64,000 bases of DNA from the NCBI GenBank assembly GCA_951406725.2, contig OX597819.1, positions 118,420,001-118,484,000 on the forward strand. The letters are read 5' to 3'. The notes under the pieces were generated by a model, which was not told the DNA's origin, did not search any database, and was given only the letters and a program-made list of their open reading frames with translations. Below, one piece after another: positions 57,493 through 64,000 of the stretch. How positions within the stretch are numbered: position 1 is the first letter of the stretch; each line of letters opens with the position of its first letter. This DNA is from Octopus vulgaris (taxonomy: Eukaryota). The position numbers and the translations under genes are program-made.

Positions 57493-57795
57493 ATTTTTTT
57501 GTATAATATAAACCAGCAAGGGTAATATTTTTCAAGGGACGAGTCGCATGAGAAAAGGCGAATCATGAGGTTAGCACACTACAATAATTTCAAGATAATG
57601 TTTCGTTAGGTGTACCATTTTAAAAGCATCGCTTGCCACAGGTTGCACCGTTACGGGTTCATATCATATGCAATGTTGTTTATTTGTCACCGTTAATCTT
57701 CTACTATAACAATACTCCGTCTCAATATATGAATAAGGAAGGAAAGGGTAATGGTAATCTTGCAGTAGGAGCGCTTCAACTCTGTGTCACTATGC

Positions 57796-58079
57796 TTGTT
57801 CCTTCTCGAGCCACGCCTGGCTCATAAGGGCCGGTTTCCCGGTTTCCTTGGCGTATAGGTTCCACACCTGGACGGGATGCCGGTCCGTCGCAGGTGAGGA
57901 AAGAGTGAGAGAAAGTTGTGCCGAAAGAGTCAGCAGTTGTTCGCCATTACCTTCTGCTGGAGCCGCGTGCAGTTCAGGTGTTTCGCGCATAAACACACAC
58001 ATCGCCCGGTCTGAGATTCGAAACCGTAATCCCTCGACCGCGAGTCCGCTGCTCTAACCACTAGGCCATGAACCTCCAC
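57796..58079 (-). mobile_element. tRNA-derived SINE (A-type head, alternative tail)
   Basis: Homologous to 6899-7171. Confidence 0.85.
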
Positions 58080-58819
58080 CTGTATGAGTATATGTGTATA
58101 TGTAAAACGGATATATGTGAATGTTTGTGTGCATGTGTGTGTGTTTGTGCATGTGTGTGTGCATGTGTCTGTGTGTGAGTGTACTGAAAGTGGGGTGATG
58201 AAAATTCAATGCTGAAAAGAAAAATCAAAGAGTGAGTATATATGTGTACGTGTCTGCGTGTACATAGGAACTATGTGAATGTATGTGCGAACCAGTGTTC
58301 TTAGAGTAACAAACGATGATCGATGTCACATCTCAAAAGACAACCACTGGATAACATTGACAAGTGTATCAATTTTATTTACCATCTTGATTTACATAGA
58401 AAAATTCTACAATTAGCCGTCATTTTTGACGGCCAGGCGACCAGGGAATACATTTTGTTGTATTTTTTTTTTTGGTAAATCGTCTTGTTACTGTTCAAGG
58501 TTACGTGAAATGCGATCAGGATGCTTGTCATAATGATGATGGTGATAGGAAGGGCAATGGCACCAGCTGTTATTTTACATTTGTTTTCCGATTCTGCTTT
58601 TGCTGCAGCGGTGATGATGGTGACAATGTCATTTTTATGACATTGATGGATATCACAAGCGTGAATATAATGATCAAATTCACCATCATCATCATCTTCA
58701 TTTAATTACTGATGCTGTGTGGTAGTGTTTTGTGGTACCCATTTTTTAATATTTCATTTCTACTTGTTCATTAATATGTGTTATTTTTTTCTACAGATCC
58801 AGTGAAGCGTCGAGAATGT

Positions 58820-58913
58820 GTGACACTTGGGGCACAGAGGCTTCTACTATATCTTCGGGTCGACCAACGCCTTGTGAGTGGATTCGGTCAACGAAAACTG
58901 AAATAAGCCCGTC

Positions 58914-58949
<36 letters not shown>

Positions 58950-59156
58950 GTGTGTGTGTGAGAGTGTATGTGTAGTTGTGTCCAATCCCCATTTGGCAAC
59001 CGGTGCTGGTGTGTTTATGTCCCCGTAACATAGCAGCTCTCCAAAAGAGACGGATAGAATAAGACGACGCTTTATTAAATAAGTAATGAGATCGATTCAT
59101 TTGACTAAAATTTCAAGGCGCTGTCCCAGCATAGCCGCAGTTTAATTACTGAAACA
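58820..59156 (+). mobile_element. Diverged, headless SINE family B copy
   Basis: Homologous to the body and tail of 51897-52316. Confidence 0.75.
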
Positions 59157-59259
59157 TGTGAATTTCATATGAATAATAACATTCCAGCAATGACCATTAT
59201 ACATTTACTGGATTCAAAGAGTATAGGAGGATATTATTTATATATATATATATATATAT

Positions 59260-60147
59260 TAGAAATTAAAGAAGGAAAATGCACACACTTAATATATACT
59301 GTGTTTCTCTACCGGTTTCGTTTGCGCTAATCATGACATTATAATTCATTTAAATATGCACTTTCTTAAAACAATGTTTTTGTCCATGTGTGTGCAATAT
59401 ATAAGTGAATGATTCAACAAATAGACAAATCTAAGGTGGAATATTTGGTTATTATTATTATTGTGGACAGGAGAGATAATTGTTCATCTTTCGGTAGGGG
59501 TGGTGAATATATATACACAAAAATTCAAAAACTAGTGTAGTGTGGAGAAATATGTATAGTGGTGGGTATGTAGTCGTGAATTAAAATATTTTTTGAGATC
59601 AAAGTTGGTTATGTGTGTATATTTAAAGGCGTTCTGTATTTTTCGATGATTAAATTTTCTTTATTTAAACGTTCTAGTAAAGAAAGTGTATCGTTGCCCT
59701 AGTAGAAGGGGAAAACTTTGAAATTTGGTTTCATGTTACCTGCACAGCTGTCTATGTGTTCACTTAAAGGGATCTGTCTGTATTGCGGGAACCGTATCTG
59801 CTCAGTATGTAGAGTTGTTCTCCGTCTCAATGTCATACTCATCTATCCTATATAGTGATGTCTACAGCCCGAACAGGTTATTACATAAATTAGGTTCTCA
59901 GAGGCACAAGTGAAGTCCATTTTAATTGTGAAACTCACTCCTTGTTTGAAAAGGAAATCCGAGCCTTCAAGTAGGTTGTTATGTAAAGCTTCGCATTTGT
60001 TAGAGGCCTCTTTAGCAATTTGTGTTGTTTTTTGCATTTGATGCACTTAGGTGCTTTCATAACGTTCACTTTTGGTTCTCTAGTTAGTAAAGCGAGATTT
60101 TGCACACTAGTGTTGCATGCCTCATTGTTTCTAGGTTTGTGAGTTTA

Positions 60148-60198
<51 letters not shown>

Positions 60199-60640
60199 AT
60201 GTTTTGAGATGAGGTGTGGAATTATCTTTTGCTGTTCTTAGTGTTTCTATATCTAATTTCTTGGTACGCTTAATTCCATCATCTATAAAAGAGGGTGCTT
60301 ATTGTCTTTCAGTTTGAGTTGTTCTGAAATCGTAGTTCTATCTGAGTAGTTCTATCAGACACTATTGGGCAAATGCTTTTTGCCAAATTAAAGGGGATAT
60401 TTACATAATAAATATGATGTGTTTCGGGTAGCATGATCTACAAAGGAGATATTCTTTCGAGTCCGTTGGTTTATGATAGATTCCTGTTATAATTTGGGTG
60501 TTGAACTTTTTAAATCAAAATATCTAAAAATGGAAGCTGTTCTTTGATATATTCTATTGTCAATTGTATGTTACTGTTTATATAATCTAGTGTTGATTTG
60601 AATTCCAAAAGTTTATCAGTATAATACAGATATGATTAAT
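59260..60640 (-). mobile_element. Decayed Penelope-like element (RT C-terminus, GIY-YIG, 3' end)
   Basis: LPFLDILI, IYHKPTDSKEYL, NIPFNLAK, FTCASENLIYVITCSGCRHHYIG, LSEHIDSC. HHR 3' half cGAAAC cg GTA at about 59305-59322. Confidence 0.85.
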
Positions 60641-61885
60641 TTCAAGATTTCAGTTTATGCTACGACGGAAATTTGGCTTTTGTTAGATAGAAAAGTAAAA
60701 ATCGCATCGAGTGTTCACTAGATCTTTTGTTTCGTTTGTTTGGCGTTTGGTCTGTAAATATTATTGCAAGTGGCCGACCACGACGAATACGATAATGATG
60801 ATGATGATATGAGTGAAGTCATACATATACAACTGTGTTGACATTAATTTATTTCGTATTTGTGAGTGTTTAGTGTTGAACCGTAAATATCTCTTTAGCT
60901 AGCATTATCATTCCAAACACATCTTTAACAGTTTTCTTTCAGTAATATCCAATATGAAACTCTGTTCGAAGATATGAACCTGTTGAGAAGCATGTTTAAA
61001 ATATTAAGGGAGTTTAGTAGCGCTTTCATGCAGATCGAGAAAATATGTATGCTACATTTTTACATCGTTAAGAGGTTGAAATTTTGGATTTCATTATATT
61101 TCCTTTGGCGATAAAACTAGTGATTATCTCCTACGCTTTTACGGATTAGCATATGAATATACTAGTTTTGTGGGGAGCAAATTCATTCACAGTATTTACT
61201 GATTTTCCTGGTGATTGTTAGGTTAAATATTTAGCGATTTTCCTAATGGTTGCTGATTGCTTGGGTGCACCCTGAAGTCATTCTTCATTGGTATACAGTA
61301 AAATGTTTCTTTCGATAAATATTTCCTAATTTGACGTGTTGCAGTTTTCCATGAATATTTTCTGCCGTTGCTAATGTTGGTTTCGACCAGCATTTACTTC
61401 ATTTTTAGGTAATGTGTTGAAAAATGTATTTTAAAAAGCATAGTTAGATTTTGTCCAAATTACTAGTTTTCATAAAAACATACGTTTTGTGGTAATTTGT
61501 TTCTTTCAGAAGTATTCCCCTATTTTAGGGAACATAAATACTTATAACTAAGTATTTATGTTTTTGTGCTTATTGCAGATTTTTATTATTATTTATTGAT
61601 TTTATAGGGTTTATTAGATTTGAAATACTGATTTTTTGCGAAATGTTTCGGCCTGTTTCTTTCCTATATATTTATATGCTTTTTTGTGGGAAATGCTAGA
61701 TTTCATATGCATGACCTGGCTTTGTTTGGATTTCCTGATTTTATAAAGTCCTGTTCTGCAGTTGATTTTGCCGGTATTTCTTCATACTACTTATTGCATT
61801 CGGTAATCATTGTTCCATGGGCATTGCAAATACAAATTTGCTTTATGGAGTATGATGCGTAGGCGTATATGATTGTTAAAATATA

Positions 61886-62306
61886 TTCTTTTACTCTTAT
61901 ACTTGTTTCAGTCATTTGACTGTGGCCATACTGGAGCACCACATTTAGTCGAGCAAATCGACACCAGGACATATTTTTTGTAAGCCTAGTACTTATTCTA
62001 TCGGTCTCTTTTGTCGAACCGCTAGATTTTGGGGACATAAACACACCACCATCGGTTGTCAAGCTATGTTGGGGGTACAAATACAGACACACAAATGTAC
62101 ACATATGCACAAACATACATATATATATATATATACATATATACGACGGGCTTCTTTCAGTTTCCGTTTACCAAATCCACTCACAAGGCTTTGGTCGGCC
62201 CGAGGCTATAGTAGAAGACACTTGACCAAGGTGCCACGCAGTGGGACTGAACCCGGAACAATGTGGTTCGTAAGCAAGCTAATTACGACACAGCCATTCC
62301 TACGCC
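61886..62306 (-). mobile_element. SINE family B
   Basis: Homologous to 51897-52316. Confidence 0.9.
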
Positions 62307-62689
62307 TATATGTATATTGATAAACTTTTAAAACTCATTGAGGTTGAATAGTTGTGTTTTTGATATTTCTCTCTCTCTCTCTTTCTCCCTATCTATGTAT
62401 CTATTTATGCTAATCCGTATATACATTATACCTTAATCTTTTGCAGAACCACGAAGTAACGGTGAGGTAAACACTAACAGCTGTTGTCAAATGATAGTGA
62501 AGGCGGACAAACAGATACAGAGAAGACAGTTGTACATACATACACACATACATATATATATATATATATATGTGTGTGTCTGTGTGTGTGTGCGTGTGTG
62601 TGTGGTCATACATATATACACATGTAGGTATTTCTAACACACTCAGCCATATTCAATATTTGCTTAATGCAACCTAAATAAATTTTGGG

Positions 62690-62945
62690 GGAGGAGGCCA
62701 TTCGATTAGATCGACCCCAGTACGCAACTCGTACTTAATTTATCCACCCAAAAAGATGAAAGGCAAAGTCGACCTCGGCGGAATTTGAACTCAGAACGTA
62801 AATACAGACGAAATACCTATTTCTTTACAACCCACAAGGGGCTAAACACAGAGGGTACAAACAAAGACGGACAAACGGATTAAGTCGATTATATCGAACC
62901 CAGTGCGGAACTGGTCCTTATTTAATCGACCCCGAAAGGATGAAA
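62690..62945 (-). mobile_element. Two partial SINE family C copies in tandem
   Basis: The tcgacccc..taatt..tcgaccccgaaaggatgaaa block occurs twice. Homologous to 30640-30862. Confidence 0.75.
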
Positions 62946-64000
62946 TATCAGTTCGGTATTGTAAAATAGTTCCTGATTTGGTGGAAATGCTTGTTTATCA
63001 ATGTATTTATCGACGTTCTGTGCAATATTAGATTCGAAGATTGAGGTAAAAATCAAGATACTTCTTGGATTGACTCCATGTTTACAAATAGGATTATAAT
63101 AAATATAGACTAACTTCCTGTGTATTAGTTCGATAAAAGTTTGGTGATTTTCGTTTAAGAAGAGCAAGTTTTGGATTCGGATTTACCGGTTTGGAAGCTA
63201 TTTTGGATTAAGAAATGAATTTGCTAATACTGTGTTGAGTATTTTAATAAAATTTTGCGTATTTGTGTTTGGATATATTAGCTACCAGAACGTAAATATT
63301 ATTTCCGAATTTCGGGCAAATAATTAATCATCATAAGTTTTGTTAAATTTTCCGGTATTATGAGATTTGATACATATTTACAAATTTTGTGAGAAATGCT
63401 CTTTTACTAAGCGTATGTATTGGTATCGAGATATGATGGCATAAACTAATTATTGAATATCTCTCTATGGGATATCATTATTTTGATAAATGTTTTCTGA
63501 TATTCAATTATTAATTATTAGTGTCCAGATTCTTCAGTATTATCTTCCAAATTTTTGAAAGTGTTGATAATGTTTGTATATTGAATTATTATATAGTTTT
63601 TGATTTGATACGTACGTAGTAATTTTGTGAGAATTGTTGCTTTGGATACACACTGAATAGTTTAAAGGGATTTGGGATTAAAATGAGAACTTCCGGATAC
63701 GGCGTGGATCGATTATTGGTATAAGTGTTTACTGAATTGGTTGCAAATGTCGATTTATGTAAATACTTCGTACATTTGCATAGGAAATCTTGGTTTCTGG
63801 AGATACTTATTGATTTAATGGGAATCGTTGGTTTTGTAAAGTATTTACTGATTTCCTTAAGATCATTTTCTTATATAACGTTCCTTATTACCGAACTTGG
63901 TGCATCTACGTTGATATTTGTAAGAGCAAATTCTCTTCCTTGTTAAATGGGTGTTGCTAATAGAAAAGAGAAAACTTTGTGGATATTTCAGATCATTCTA

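Larger units (their letters stand above)
60900..64000 (-). mobile_element. Very decayed PLE, possibly Naiad-type, interrupted by SINEs
   Basis: On the minus strand in order: FTKPTI..FLCKC..IIDPRRIRKF, YYNPICKHGVN, KQI..AMPM (degenerate GIPMG). Motifs are weak. Confidence 0.35.

Noticed and set aside
56760-57566. Poly-Asp, poly-His and poly-Met ORFs resembling acidic or His-rich proteins
   Set aside because: They are open in several frames on both strands because of a (GAT/GAC)n microsatellite. There is no flanking coding complexity or clear splice context.

Overview
Very AT-rich, microsatellite-dense eukaryotic DNA with no recognisable host protein-coding gene. The SINE families, the (TA)n/(AAT)n load and the LINE content suggest an octopus-like cephalopod intron or intergenic region (inference). 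The window is mostly mobile-element debris. It holds six R4/Dong-type RLE retrotransposon copies (the best preserved flanked by (TAA)n, one with a nearly intact 2 kb ORF), several Penelope-like elements (PLEs), CR1 and RTE LINE remnants, mariner/Tc1/Tigger elements and MITEs, non-autonomous Helitrons, and at least four tRNA-derived SINE families. Three observations are least expected. (i) A set of short, mostly sequence-unrelated elements, most at (TA)n arrays, carry minimal hammerhead ribozyme (HHR) cores and often fold back on themselves at or near the ribozyme. (ii) A decayed Ulp1/SENP-like protease frame sits directly upstream of a PLE RT N-terminus. (iii) Two inverted duplications of largely non-TE sequence are present, one with a 73-nt perfect core and one enclosing a candidate exon. 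Most ORFs in the supplied track are microsatellite artefacts. All alignments and translations were done by eye, so coordinates of decayed elements are approximate.
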